Positions 18,313 to 27,273 of a DNA stretch of 59,217 nt are shown here, one piece after another. The stretch comes from Candidatus Woesearchaeota archaeon (lineage in GTDB: Archaea > Nanobdellota > Nanobdellia > Woesearchaeales > GW2011-AR9): positions 1 to 59,217 of the forward strand of contig JAZDQB010000014.1 of NCBI GenBank assembly GCA_043797205.1, read 5' to 3'. The first letter of the stretch is position 1, and each line of letters opens with the position of its first letter. The position numbers were made by a program, and so were the translations under genes. The notes beneath the pieces were generated by a model that saw nothing but the letters and a program-made list of their open reading frames with translations, was not told the DNA's origin and searched no databases.

Positions 18313-18521
18313 AGAACAAATTCAAGCAGGGATATATAGAATGGCGTAAATTCTTAGGAGTAATAGAAAAAGCAAAGGAAGCTTGTAAGAATTCTTATAT
18401 TAATATAAAAGACCATTTTGGCGGCTCCGACAAAATGGTTAAAATTGGTTCGGAAACGGAAATAGAAGATTTTATTTCAAAAGAAATTAACAAATTAACT
18501 TATAAACAATATAATATTTAA
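18309..18521 (+). CDS. DinD/Bro-N-related short protein, probably a truncated remnant
   Basis: WRKFLGVIEKAKEACKNS..IKDHFGGSDKMVKIGS matches the central DinD-like block, but the ORF is only 70 aa. It has an ATGA overlap with the upstream gene. Confidence 0.4.
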   Translation: MKNKFKQGYIEWRKFLGVIEKAKEACKNSYINIKDHFGGSDKMVKIGSETEIEDFISKEINKLTYKQYNI

Positions 18522-18532
18522 GAGGAATAAAC

Positions 18533-20257
18533 ATGGACTTTCAAAAGCTGGCTGAACTGTATGAAGAGTTGGAAAAGACTGCTTCCGGCAATGCTATGCG
18601 CGAAATCCTGGCCAAATTCTTCAAATCTGTTCCTGCGGAGGATATTGCGGTAATTTCTTATCTTACTTTAGGTCAAATCGCTTCCGATTACGAAAATGTA
18701 GTTCTCGGAATGGCGGAAAAGTCCGTGCTGAAAGCTATCGCCGTAGCCGGTGCTGCAGACAATTTTAAAGTGCAGAAATTCATGCAGGAAACGGGAGATG
18801 TAGGCTTGACCGCAGAAAAAATCTTGCAGAAGAAACCAATTACTTTAGTTCCGTTAGGAAAACTCACCGTAAAAGAATTGTTTGCTACTTTACATAAGAT
18901 TGGAGAATCAGGCGGTTCTGGTTCCCAAGACCAAAAACAAAACCTCTTAGCTTCTTTGTTGCAAAAATCTTCTCCCCTGGGGGCAAAATATATTGCTCGA
19001 ATCGCCCTCGGCACTTTAAGAATGGGGGTAGGAGATATGACGGTGCTGGATGCTTTATCCATCACTTTTACCGGAGATAAAGATGCTAAAGAAAAATTGG
19101 AGAAAGCGTACAATATCTGTCCAGACTTAGGATTGATTGCTGAAACCTTAGCTAAAGGAGGAATAAAAGCGATTGAAAAGATTGATGTGCATGTAGGCCG
19201 ACCGATAAAGATGATGTTAGCTCAGCGCGTAGAAGATTTAGAACAACTTCCAGACAAAATCACTCCACCTTGGACGATAGAAGCCAAGTATGACGGAGAA
19301 AGAGTACAGGCGCATAAGAACAAAAAAGGAAAAATTGTTTTATTTTCCCGCCGTTTGGAAAACATCACCAATCAATTTCCCGATTTAGTGAAATATTTAG
19401 AGAAGTATATCGCTGCAGAAGAGTGGGTGTTAGAAGGAGAGGTATTAGCCATCGATAAGAAAGGTCACCCTTTGCCGTTTCAAACTTTAATGCAGAGAAA
19501 GCGTAAGATGGATATTGAAGAGTACGTAAAATCTGTTCCAGTACATCTGAAAGTGTTTGACTTGCTTTACTTAGACGGAAAATCTTTCCTGCATCAGCCG
19601 TACTATAAGCGTTCGGAGCAGCTGGCTAAGCTCATCAAGAAGAACGAATTTATTGTTCCTACAGAAAAGATTATCACTTCCGATATCGAAGAATTGAATG
19701 ATTTTTTCCGCGAGATGCTCGATGCCGGTTATGAAGGGGTGATCGTCAAATCTCGGGCGGAAGATTCAGAATATCAAGCCGGAACGCGAGGATGGAATTG
19801 GATCAAATGGAAAAAAGAGTATGCGGCAGAAATGGCCGATACTTTTGATTTGGTGGTAGTGGGAGCATATCACGGCAAAGGAAAACGTTCTGGCACTTAT
19901 GGAGCATTACTTTGTGCGGCTTATAATCAGAAAGAGGATACCTTTGAGACTTTGTGCAAGATGGGCAGTGGATTGACGGATGAGTTGTTAGAACAATTTC
20001 CTAAATTGTTGGAGAAGTATAAGCTGACGCATAAGGCTGCAAGATTAAAAGTAAAAAGAGAGATGGAAGCAGATTTGTGGTTCGAACCGAAGATAGTGAT
20101 AGAAGTAAAAGGCGCAGAAATCACTAAAAGTACCTTTCACACTTGCGCTTCAGGATTGGCTTTAAGATTTCCACGCTTTCTGCAGTTCCGAGAGAATAAG
20201 AAGCCGGAACAGGCTACAACTTCTAAAGAGATTGAGCAGATGTTTCGGGGGAAGTAG
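18533..20257 (+). CDS. lig: ATP-dependent DNA ligase (archaeal/eukaryotic Lig1 type)
   Basis: Adenylation motif EAKYDGERVQ, plus EGEVLA, EGVIVK and a C-terminal OB region, in a 574 aa protein with an N-terminal DNA-binding domain. Confidence 0.9.
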   Translation: MDFQKLAELYEELEKTASGNAMREILAKFFKSVPAEDIAVISYLTLGQIASDYENVVLGMAEKSVLKAIAVAGAADNFKVQKFMQETGDVGLTAEKILQKKPITLVPLGKLTVKELFATLHKIGESGGSGSQDQKQNLLASLLQKSSPLGAKYIARIALGTLRMGVGDMTVLDALSITFTGDKDAKEKLEKAYNICPDLGLIAETLAKGGIKAIEKIDVHVGRPIKMMLAQRVEDLEQLPDKITPPWTIEAKYDGERVQAHKNKKGKIVLFSRRLENITNQFPDLVKYLEKYIAAEEWVLEGEVLAIDKKGHPLPFQTLMQRKRKMDIEEYVKSVPVHLKVFDLLYLDGKSFLHQPYYKRSEQLAKLIKKNEFIVPTEKIITSDIEELNDFFREMLDAGYEGVIVKSRAEDSEYQAGTRGWNWIKWKKEYAAEMADTFDLVVVGAYHGKGKRSGTYGALLCAAYNQKEDTFETLCKMGSGLTDELLEQFPKLLEKYKLTHKAARLKVKREMEADLWFEPKIVIEVKGAEITKSTFHTCASGLALRFPRFLQFRENKKPEQATTSKEIEQMFRGK

Positions 20258-20312
20258 GGAGTTTAATTTCTTTAAGGATAAATTTTTAAGCTTTGGAATT
20301 ATTAGTTTGGAT

Positions 20313-21083
20313 ATGGTGTTTAAGAAAGGAAACGTTCCCGTGAATAAAGGAAAACATCCCTCTGAAGAAACTAGAAGAAAACAATCCTTATCTCACTTAG
20401 GGATAAAATATCCTAACCGGAAATATACTTATTCCAAATCTGCATTTCAAAAAGGGCATAAAATAAACCTCGGAAGACATTTTCCCGAAGAATTTGGAAA
20501 AAAGATAGTGGAAACTAGGAGAAAAAACAATTCTTATAAAGTTTCTGAAGAAACTAAAATAAAACAAAGTTTAGCAAAAACGGGAAAACGTTCTTCTGAA
20601 GAAACTAAGAGAAAATTAAGTGCCATTTGGAGTAAGCCAGAATATCAGAAACTGGCAAAAGAAAGAAGAGCAAAACAAGTATTCCCCTTAAAAGATTCTT
20701 TGCCCGAAATCAAGATCCAACATTTCTTAAAACAATTAGGTATAATTTTTTTGGCGCATAAACTTATCACTAAAATTGAACATAGTTATCAGTGCGATAT
20801 TTTCATCCCTTCAATGAATCTTATAATAGAGGTGGATGGAGATTATTGGCACGGGAACATAAGCAATTCTCGATTTAAAACGTTGAATAAACCTCAAATA
20901 GCTACAAAAGAATTAGATTTTATCCGAACAAAAGAGCTTATTGAAAAAGGATTTAATGTATTAAGATTATGGGAAAGCGAAATTAAAAAAATGAATCTTC
21001 AAGAGTTTATGTTGAAAGTAAAACCATTTGGGAAATTAGTGAATAATTCCTCAAAAGAAGATTTAAATAAATGGCTGGTTTAA
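20313..21083 (+). CDS. free-standing homing-endonuclease-like protein with three NUMOD3-type DNA-binding repeats and a C-terminal Vsr/DUF559-like nuclease
   Basis: Repeats are GKHPSEETRRKQSLSHLG, VSEETKIKQSLAKTG and SSEETKRKLSAIW. The C-terminus reads CDIFIPSMNLIIEVDGDYWHGN..VLRLWESE. The start was moved to MVFKKGN at 20313. Confidence 0.6.
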   Translation: MVFKKGNVPVNKGKHPSEETRRKQSLSHLGIKYPNRKYTYSKSAFQKGHKINLGRHFPEEFGKKIVETRRKNNSYKVSEETKIKQSLAKTGKRSSEETKRKLSAIWSKPEYQKLAKERRAKQVFPLKDSLPEIKIQHFLKQLGIIFLAHKLITKIEHSYQCDIFIPSMNLIIEVDGDYWHGNISNSRFKTLNKPQIATKELDFIRTKELIEKGFNVLRLWESEIKKMNLQEFMLKVKPFGKLVNNSSKEDLNKWLV

Positions 21084-21091
21084 GATAAAAT

Positions 21092-21679
21092 ATGATTAAA
21101 GTGGAAAAAGAAGGGGGTTCTTTGTTTTATAGTTTGGACTGGAGAGAGTCTGTAGATAAACCTGCTAAAGAGGAAAATTACAAAGAAGCATTTGCATCAG
21201 CTGATTCGTGGATAGACTCCGAAATAGAATCTTTATTAAGATATATGTACGGAGAGAATAAATGTCAAGATTTGATAAATGAAATACATTATTTGAGAAG
21301 CCGTGTTAATTTTGATGGCATGATGATATTGGAAATACTTAAATCCAAAACAGTCGTCGATGAAGAATTTGTTAATAAAATTAGAGAATTCAAAAAAGCA
21401 AGAAATTTAGTTTTGCATTCAACAAGGGGGATTTATGAATTAGTGCGATTATCAGAGATGAAAGATATAAAGGATGAAGAATTTGAAACGGAAGCAAAAG
21501 AGAGGGCGAATCATTGGCTAAAGATTGCTCATGAAATTTACATCAAACTGGGCATTAAATTTTCAGAAATTGATAAAAGAGGTAAAGAATATTACACGTC
21601 TGACTTGTTTTATCAAAAAAACCCCCGCTTGAAAATATTTGAAAGACAACACCCTAAATATAAAACACAAAATAAATAA
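21092..21679 (+). CDS. hypothetical protein with a possible HEPN-like R-x4-H motif
   Basis: 195 aa helical protein whose KKARNLVLHS segment contains R-x4-H. There is no other support. Confidence 0.3.
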   Translation: MIKVEKEGGSLFYSLDWRESVDKPAKEENYKEAFASADSWIDSEIESLLRYMYGENKCQDLINEIHYLRSRVNFDGMMILEILKSKTVVDEEFVNKIREFKKARNLVLHSTRGIYELVRLSEMKDIKDEEFETEAKERANHWLKIAHEIYIKLGIKFSEIDKRGKEYYTSDLFYQKNPRLKIFERQHPKYKTQNK

Positions 21680-21696
21680 CAAAAAAATAAAAAACC

Positions 21697-21933
21697 TTAT
21701 TCCAACGTCAGATTATCCAACTCATTCAGATCAGAACTTAAGTCTTGGTCTAAACTATCCAAGTCATTCAAGTCGTCCAAACTGCTGGAAATCTGCTGTT
21801 CTTCACTGGCGGCAGCTGCTTCTCCGGCTACTGAAGTAGTTGGAGCAGGAGTACTCTTCTGGCATCCTACTACTAACAGAGCAGCGACCATCACTACCAA
21901 TAACGTTAAGGAAAGTATTTTTCTCATTTTCAT
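21697..21933 (-). CDS. small acidic lipoprotein-like secreted protein
   Basis: Signal peptide with lipobox-like LLVVGC, followed by a D/E/S-rich tail. Confidence 0.5.
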   Translation of the reverse strand: MKMRKILSLTLLVVMVAALLVVGCQKSTPAPTTSVAGEAAAASEEQQISSSLDDLNDLDSLDQDLSSDLNELDNLTLE

Positions 21934-21937
21934 TCAC

Positions 21938-22945
21938 CTAAGCACTAGCAGTAGTAGTTTCAGTAGCTGCTTCCACCGGTTTGGATTTAGCTTCCTTATT
22001 CAGCTCTTTGAACTTCTCCAGAAACTCGCGTAAAGTTTCTCGGGTTTGTTTCAAATCTTCTTTGACTTTGTCAGTAAGTTCTTTAGCTGCATCTAGTTTG
22101 TCCTTATCGATAGCCGCAATCCAGGCATCCGTTGCTGCAGTCTGGTCAGCTTTTAATTGTTCCGTCTGCTGCTTGAATTTCTCCGCCAAAGCTTCTAATT
22201 CTAAAGTATCCACGCCTTTTTGTTTCAATTGCTCAATCTTAGCAGTTAGAGTAATATAAAACTCGTCGTGCTTCTCAACAATGTTTTCCATTCGAGCATT
22301 GATTAAGCTGGCCATCAAGCGATGCTGCATCTTGCGGGTATCTTGCCAAACATTTTTCAGTTCTTTAATGGTATCTTTAAATTCAGCATTAGTAGCGTTG
22401 TCAGCCAGGGCTTCCACTTTAGCTTTCTGATCGATTAAAGTTTGTTCCAGAGTCGCAACCTGATTCAATAGGGTTTGCTTTTGCTCTGCCGTTAACCCCG
22501 TCGATGCGCTAATCTTCTGGGTCATGCGAAGATAGGAGTCGTCAATCAAATCTATGGTTTTTAACAGATGTTGTTTAACTCCTTTCTTCAGTTCCAACTT
22601 TTTATCTTGGCAGTCAGTAGTATTCTTCTTATCCTTACTGCCGCAGGCGGATTGCTTCTCTTTTAACTGCTCTAATTCTTGTTTCTTAGCTTCATATTGT
22701 TCTTTTATCTTATCACTCTTCTCTTTGACCCATTCCACTTGGTTAGCGCGAATTTCTTGGTTTTTTTCCTTTATCTGTGCTTTCTTTTGTTCTAACTTCT
22801 CTTTCAATTCTTTACTTAATCCTTGCTTTTCTCCTTTTGGTGTATTTACATCTCCTTCTTCAGCCCAAGCCAAAGGAATTACACTTATAGTAAATATGGC
22901 CAAGATCATCAAGGCCAGTACTTTCCATCCGGTTTTTGTTGTCAT
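21938..22945 (-). CDS. secreted K/E-rich coiled-coil protein
   Basis: An N-terminal signal (ILAIFTISVIPLAWA) is followed by a long heptad-like KE-rich sequence. Confidence 0.5.
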   Translation of the reverse strand: MTTKTGWKVLALMILAIFTISVIPLAWAEEGDVNTPKGEKQGLSKELKEKLEQKKAQIKEKNQEIRANQVEWVKEKSDKIKEQYEAKKQELEQLKEKQSACGSKDKKNTTDCQDKKLELKKGVKQHLLKTIDLIDDSYLRMTQKISASTGLTAEQKQTLLNQVATLEQTLIDQKAKVEALADNATNAEFKDTIKELKNVWQDTRKMQHRLMASLINARMENIVEKHDEFYITLTAKIEQLKQKGVDTLELEALAEKFKQQTEQLKADQTAATDAWIAAIDKDKLDAAKELTDKVKEDLKQTRETLREFLEKFKELNKEAKSKPVEAATETTTASA

Positions 22946-23194
22946 GGTTGTTACCTCACTATTTTAATTATTAATTGCTTTTCCAGTATTCTTAGTGGGA
23001 GAGTTACTTTTTAAAGATACTTTTGATAGTTCTTTCATTGGGAAGAATAACCGCCTTTTAACACTTTACTAAGCTTTATCCTCTTCTTTTAACCATAAAA
23101 ACAATAAAAATGGCCTTTCCTTACCAAAATAAGGAAAAATCCCCCTCTTTTACTTAACGATATCTTTTTATACCCCCAAAGTTATTAATGAGAT

Positions 23195-23899
23195 ATGAAG
23201 AAATTTTTGCTGTGGTCAGTATTATTTTTAATTTGTCTAAGCTTAGCTTTAGCCGCCACCTTAAAAGGCAGCATCTACAATTCTAATTTAGATTTAGAAA
23301 AGAATGTGCTGGTAGAAGTAAACAGTATTCCTCTGCAGAAGATGTTAGCTATTGATGGAACTTATGTTTTTAATCTTCCTCTCGGAAAATACCTTCTTCA
23401 TGCTTATACTTCCAATTTTGTTTCCAATGACGAAATAGAAATCGTGCAAGAAGGAGATTATGTTCGAGATATTTTTCTAATCCCTAGTTTAGGAGAAGAG
23501 GATACTGCTGATGAATATGCCAATCTGACCATAGTGAGTGAGAATGTTCTAGAAAATAATACTAACTGGTATTGGATTATCGGAATAGTTGTCTTGGTAG
23601 TTTTAATTATAGCAGTAATCGTTTATTTCTTATTTAAGAAAAGAAAGGTTTATCTAAAAGAAGCGGAACAGAAATCTGTTTCTGAACTGAAAGAAGAATT
23701 GGCGGCCGAGCCGGGATATTTAGAAGAAACCATTGCCATTATTAAGAAACAGGGTGGGAGAATCCATCAGAAAGAGTTGCGTAAAGAAATGCTCCATCTT
23801 TCTGAATCTAAAATCAGTTTAATTTTAACTGAATTGGAGCATAAAGGAAAGATTGAGAAGATCAAGAAAGGAAGAGGAAATGCGATTATTTTGAAATAG
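23195..23899 (+). CDS. membrane-associated protein with extracellular beta-sandwich, TM helix and cytoplasmic winged-helix domain (COG2512-like)
   Basis: It has a signal peptide, a central TM (WYWIIGIVVLVVLIIAVIVYFLF) and a C-terminal wHTH (QKELRKEMLHLSESKISLILTELEHKGKIEKIKKGRGN). Confidence 0.6.
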   Translation: MKKFLLWSVLFLICLSLALAATLKGSIYNSNLDLEKNVLVEVNSIPLQKMLAIDGTYVFNLPLGKYLLHAYTSNFVSNDEIEIVQEGDYVRDIFLIPSLGEEDTADEYANLTIVSENVLENNTNWYWIIGIVVLVVLIIAVIVYFLFKKRKVYLKEAEQKSVSELKEELAAEPGYLEETIAIIKKQGGRIHQKELRKEMLHLSESKISLILTELEHKGKIEKIKKGRGNAIILK

Positions 23900-23906
23900 G
23901 TTTGTT

Positions 23907-24037
23907 GTATTTGTTTAGCATCTTCGAAATCCTTGATGTGAACCGGCAAGTGCTGCGTTCCCGTATGGAGCATCCCCTCGCAACGCACTAGTTTCTGTAA
24001 TCACATGGATTTCGACCTGAGGATGCTAAACAAATAC
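23907..24037 (-). repeat. R-element copy 1, a ~130-nt structured intergenic element oriented on the minus strand
   Basis: The outer helix is 16 bp (23907-22/24022-37) and the inner helix 9 bp (23924-32/24007-15). A 6-nt one-sided bulge reads CTCAGG on the minus strand. The GC-rich core contains GGGGATGCTCCATACGGGAACGC (minus). Confidence 0.7.
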
Positions 24038-24092
24038 TATCTGCCCAATTCTTACCGTTATTTATATAAATAGGCAGATACTCCTCTTAATT

Positions 24093-25787
24093 ATGGACTT
24101 CAAACAAGAGCTGGTTAAACTTCTTTCCAAGGAATTAAAATGGAAAGAAGAAGATTTTAATAATCTGATTCTAGTTCCTCCGGATCCGAAGTTGGGAGAT
24201 TTTGCTTTCCCCTGCTTTAAAGTAGGCGGTAATCCTAAAGAAGCGGCGGAAAAGCTGAAAGTGAAATTAAAACTGCCCAAATTTATTGAAAGAGTAGAAG
24301 TAGCCGGTCCCTATCTGAATTTCTTCTTGAACAAAGCGGTGTGGGCAGAAGAAACTCTCACTAAAATTAAGAAAGAGAAGAAGAAATATGGGCAGGGAAC
24401 AGAAAACCAAAATATGGTAGTAGAATTCTGCAGTCCGAATACCAATAAGCCTTTACATTTAGGTCATGTCCGAAATATGTCTCTGGGTGATGCCATGGCT
24501 AAGATTTTGGATTTTCAAGGAAATAAAGTGCATCCGGTAGAAATCGTGAACGACCGCGGAGTGCACATCTGTAAATCTATGTTAGCTTATGAGCGCTGGG
24601 GAAATAAGAAGCAGCCAGATAAAAAAACTGACCATTTTGTAGGAGATTATTATGTTATCTTCGCTCAAAAAGCCAAAGACTTGCCGGGACTAGAAGAAGA
24701 AGCGCAGCAAATGTTAGTGCAGTGGGAGCAAGGAAACCAAAAAGTTCTGACTCTGTGGAAGAAGATGAATACCTGGGTGCTTAATGGGTTTAAAGAAACA
24801 TATCAACGCTTTGGAATAAAATTCGAGAAAGAATATTTTGAATCGCAATTTTATCTGCACGGAAAAGAAATCGCTCAGGAAGGATTGCAGAAAGGGATCT
24901 TTGAGAAAGACGAGACCGGAGCAGTAATGGTAGACTTAGAGCAGTACGGTCTGGGCAAGAAAGCAGTACTGCGAGCGGATGGAACTTCCATTTACTTCAC
25001 TCAAGACTTATATTTAGCAGAATTGCGCCAACAGGATTTTAAGTTTGATAAGTTGATGTATGTAGTGGCATCAGAGCAGAACTTGCATTTCCGGCAATTG
25101 ATTAAGGTGTTAGAGCTTTTGGGAAGAACTTATGCTAAAAACTTGTATCATTTAAGTTATGGGATGGTAAATCTGCCTACCGGAAAGATGAAATCTAGAG
25201 AAGGAACCGTAGTTGATGCGGATGATATTATGGACGAACTTTCTACCTTGGCGGCAGGAGAAGTGAGAAAGCGCCACGAAAATCTCTCTGAGAAAGAAAT
25301 TAAACAACGGGGGGAGTTTATTGCTCTGGGCGCCTTGAAATTTTATATGCTTAAAACCGATGCAGTAAGAGATATGATCTTCAATCCAGAAGAGTCGCTA
25401 AGCTTTGAAGGGGAAACTGGTCCGTATGTACAATATACTCACGCTCGCTCTTGCAGTCTGCTTCGGAAAGCTAAAGAAGAAAATCAAAAGAAGTCAGGAA
25501 AGATTAACTTTACTCTATTAAATACTAAAGAAGAATTAGCGGTAATTAAATTATTGTATGAATTCCCCGAAACTTTGATTAAAGCTGCTGAGCAGTATAA
25601 GCCGCACATCCTGTGCAATCACTTGATTTTCTTATCACAAGCGTTTAATGAATTTTATCATGCGCATCAAGTCATTTCTGAAGATAAAGACCTGATGCAA
25701 ACGCGGTTATTATTAGTGGATGCAGTTAGGCAGGTATTGGAGAATGGTCTGAGATTGTTAGGCATCCATGCTCCAGAAGAGATGTGA
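24093..25787 (+). CDS. argS: arginine--tRNA ligase
   Basis: HIGH-type PLHLGHVRN, KMSKS-type GKMKSREG and a C-terminal DALR-like anticodon-binding region. Confidence 0.9.
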   Translation: MDFKQELVKLLSKELKWKEEDFNNLILVPPDPKLGDFAFPCFKVGGNPKEAAEKLKVKLKLPKFIERVEVAGPYLNFFLNKAVWAEETLTKIKKEKKKYGQGTENQNMVVEFCSPNTNKPLHLGHVRNMSLGDAMAKILDFQGNKVHPVEIVNDRGVHICKSMLAYERWGNKKQPDKKTDHFVGDYYVIFAQKAKDLPGLEEEAQQMLVQWEQGNQKVLTLWKKMNTWVLNGFKETYQRFGIKFEKEYFESQFYLHGKEIAQEGLQKGIFEKDETGAVMVDLEQYGLGKKAVLRADGTSIYFTQDLYLAELRQQDFKFDKLMYVVASEQNLHFRQLIKVLELLGRTYAKNLYHLSYGMVNLPTGKMKSREGTVVDADDIMDELSTLAAGEVRKRHENLSEKEIKQRGEFIALGALKFYMLKTDAVRDMIFNPEESLSFEGETGPYVQYTHARSCSLLRKAKEENQKKSGKINFTLLNTKEELAVIKLLYEFPETLIKAAEQYKPHILCNHLIFLSQAFNEFYHAHQVISEDKDLMQTRLLLVDAVRQVLENGLRLLGIHAPEEM

Positions 25788-25802
25788 TTTTTTTGGATTA
25801 AG

Positions 25803-26270
25803 ATGGCTACTTCCTCTCTTCTGTGCCAGCTTAATGGCGGCTGTATGGGCTGCTGTGGACATGATTTTCTTTCCAAAGAGAAGATGAAAGAAGCGATTGA
25901 GGAGAATAGTCAAGAGTTTCGTTTCTTACATCCGCAAACTCGAGAAGAATTGGTTAAATTTCGGGAGCGCTTTCCTAAGATCTGTCTGCGTAATGGGGTG
26001 TGCTACAATCTAGTTCGTAAGAATGGGCAATTATTCTGTCCGCTGCATCCAACTTTGAATAACGGCAAAGATTTGCGGGAAGGGCATTGTGATCTTGACC
26101 ATCTCTGCGATACAGCAATACAATTTAATTTTTGGGAGAAGGAAAAGCAGACCAGATTTTTATTATTTTTAGAAACGAAGAAGCTGGATAATGTTGATTA
26201 TTCTTTTGGAATGGGAAAGGGTAGTTTGTTGATGGAATTTAACGGGTTAAAGATTAGTAAAAATATATAA
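25803..26270 (+). CDS. Cys-rich protein, possibly YkgJ/UPF0153-like metal-cluster protein
   Basis: The N-terminus is CQLNGGCMGCCGHD, and further CPLHP and HCDLDHLC motifs are present. Confidence 0.3.
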   Translation: MATSSLLCQLNGGCMGCCGHDFLSKEKMKEAIEENSQEFRFLHPQTREELVKFRERFPKICLRNGVCYNLVRKNGQLFCPLHPTLNNGKDLREGHCDLDHLCDTAIQFNFWEKEKQTRFLLFLETKKLDNVDYSFGMGKGSLLMEFNGLKISKNI

Positions 26271-26292
26271 ACCTTAAAATAATCTCTCCTCT

Positions 26293-26895
26293 ATGGCGGA
26301 AAAAGAGGGGAGTAATGGAAAGCGTAATGGAAACGGCCTTTCTGCTTATGAATTCGGCAAGATCGGGGTAACCCATACTGAACATAAAGCAGAAGTAAGC
26401 TTATGGCTGGATTCTTATACGGACTTATTTTCTGATTTCGATTCTCGTCCTTTTTCTAATCGAGCTATGTCCCAAGATTTTCTGGATGAAGCTAAAAGAG
26501 CCACTAAGGATTTAGAACCTGGAAAGTTTTCCTTTAAATTATTGATGCCGGAAAAATTGCGGGTATTAAGCGATGAAAAAGTAATCAAAAGAAGGCTGAA
26601 AGAGCATTTTCAAAAGCATCATGATGAATTGGAAGGAGAGCAGAGGATGATCACTTACAAAGGAATGGCTTTAGCAGTTTTAGGATTTTTGTTGATGATA
26701 GCCGCAGCACTAGTGACTTATCAAAATTTTTCGCAATGGTGGGCGGTCATTATTGTTACCATCTTCGAGCCGGCGGGATGGTTTACCTTATGGTTCGGCT
26801 TGGATCATGTATTTTATTTTAAGAAGCAAAAGAAGCCGGAATACTTGTTTTATGAGCGGATGAATGGCACGGAAATTAGTTTTGGGAGTTATTAA
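26293..26895 (+). CDS. hypothetical membrane protein (two C-terminal TM helices)
   Basis: The hydrophobic segments are ALAVLGFLLMIAAALV and WWAVIIVTIFEPAGWFTLWFGL. Confidence 0.45.
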   Translation: MAEKEGSNGKRNGNGLSAYEFGKIGVTHTEHKAEVSLWLDSYTDLFSDFDSRPFSNRAMSQDFLDEAKRATKDLEPGKFSFKLLMPEKLRVLSDEKVIKRRLKEHFQKHHDELEGEQRMITYKGMALAVLGFLLMIAAALVTYQNFSQWWAVIIVTIFEPAGWFTLWFGLDHVFYFKKQKKPEYLFYERMNGTEISFGSY

Positions 26896-26896
26896 G

Positions 26897-27208
26897 ATGA
26901 AATTTATTTTCATCTACATTACTTGTGCTTCAATTAAGGAAGCGGAAATAATTTCTAAACATTTGCTAAAGAAGAGACTGATTGCTTGTGCCAACTTCTT
27001 TCCTATCAAAAGTAAGTATTGGTGGAAAGGAAAAATTGTTCGAGGAAAGGAGTGGGTGTTGCTTCTGAAAACGGTGGAGAAGAATTATATTCTCATCAAG
27101 AAAGAGATCGAGAAATTACATTCTTATTCCGTCCCTTGCATTACCAAGATTAAAGTCCAGCCGAATAGGGAGTATGGGAAATGGATGAAAAGAGAAATTA
27201 AGTCTTAA
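26897..27208 (+). CDS. cutA: divalent-cation tolerance protein CutA
   Basis: The sequence MKFIFIYITCASIKEAEIISKHLLKKRLIACANFFPIKSKYWWKGKI..HSYSVPCI is a typical CutA1 pattern. The start was moved to 26897. Confidence 0.8.
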   Translation: MKFIFIYITCASIKEAEIISKHLLKKRLIACANFFPIKSKYWWKGKIVRGKEWVLLLKTVEKNYILIKKEIEKLHSYSVPCITKIKVQPNREYGKWMKREIKS

Positions 27209-27273
27209 TATACAACTTCATTGCGGTGCAGCTTATTCTTCCAGATCGATTCTTTTTGAATAGCCACCCCGTA

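Noticed and set aside
20232-20312. The track start of the NUMOD3/Vsr-like endonuclease at 20232, overlapping the ligase 3' end by 26 nt.
   Set aside because: The first 27 codons (MSRCFGGSREFNFFKDKFLSFGIISLD) carry no domain signal and overlap lig. The internal Met at 20313 immediately precedes the first NUMOD3 repeat. The longer form cannot be excluded.
21639-21839. The 66-aa plus-strand ORF overlapping the end of 21092-21679 and the lipoprotein-like gene.
   Set aside because: It overlaps two better-supported genes, has no start context and has a low-complexity translation.
23907-24037. The idea that the R-elements are integron attC recombination sites marking gene cassettes.
   Set aside because: They resemble attC in size, imperfect inverted ends and a variable centre. 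However, the termini (GTTTAGC/GCTAAAC) miss the GTTRRRY/RYYYAAC consensus by one position each, and the unpaired spacer is one-sided. The copies are in mixed orientation and flank housekeeping genes (argS, sepF), and no integrase gene is in the window.
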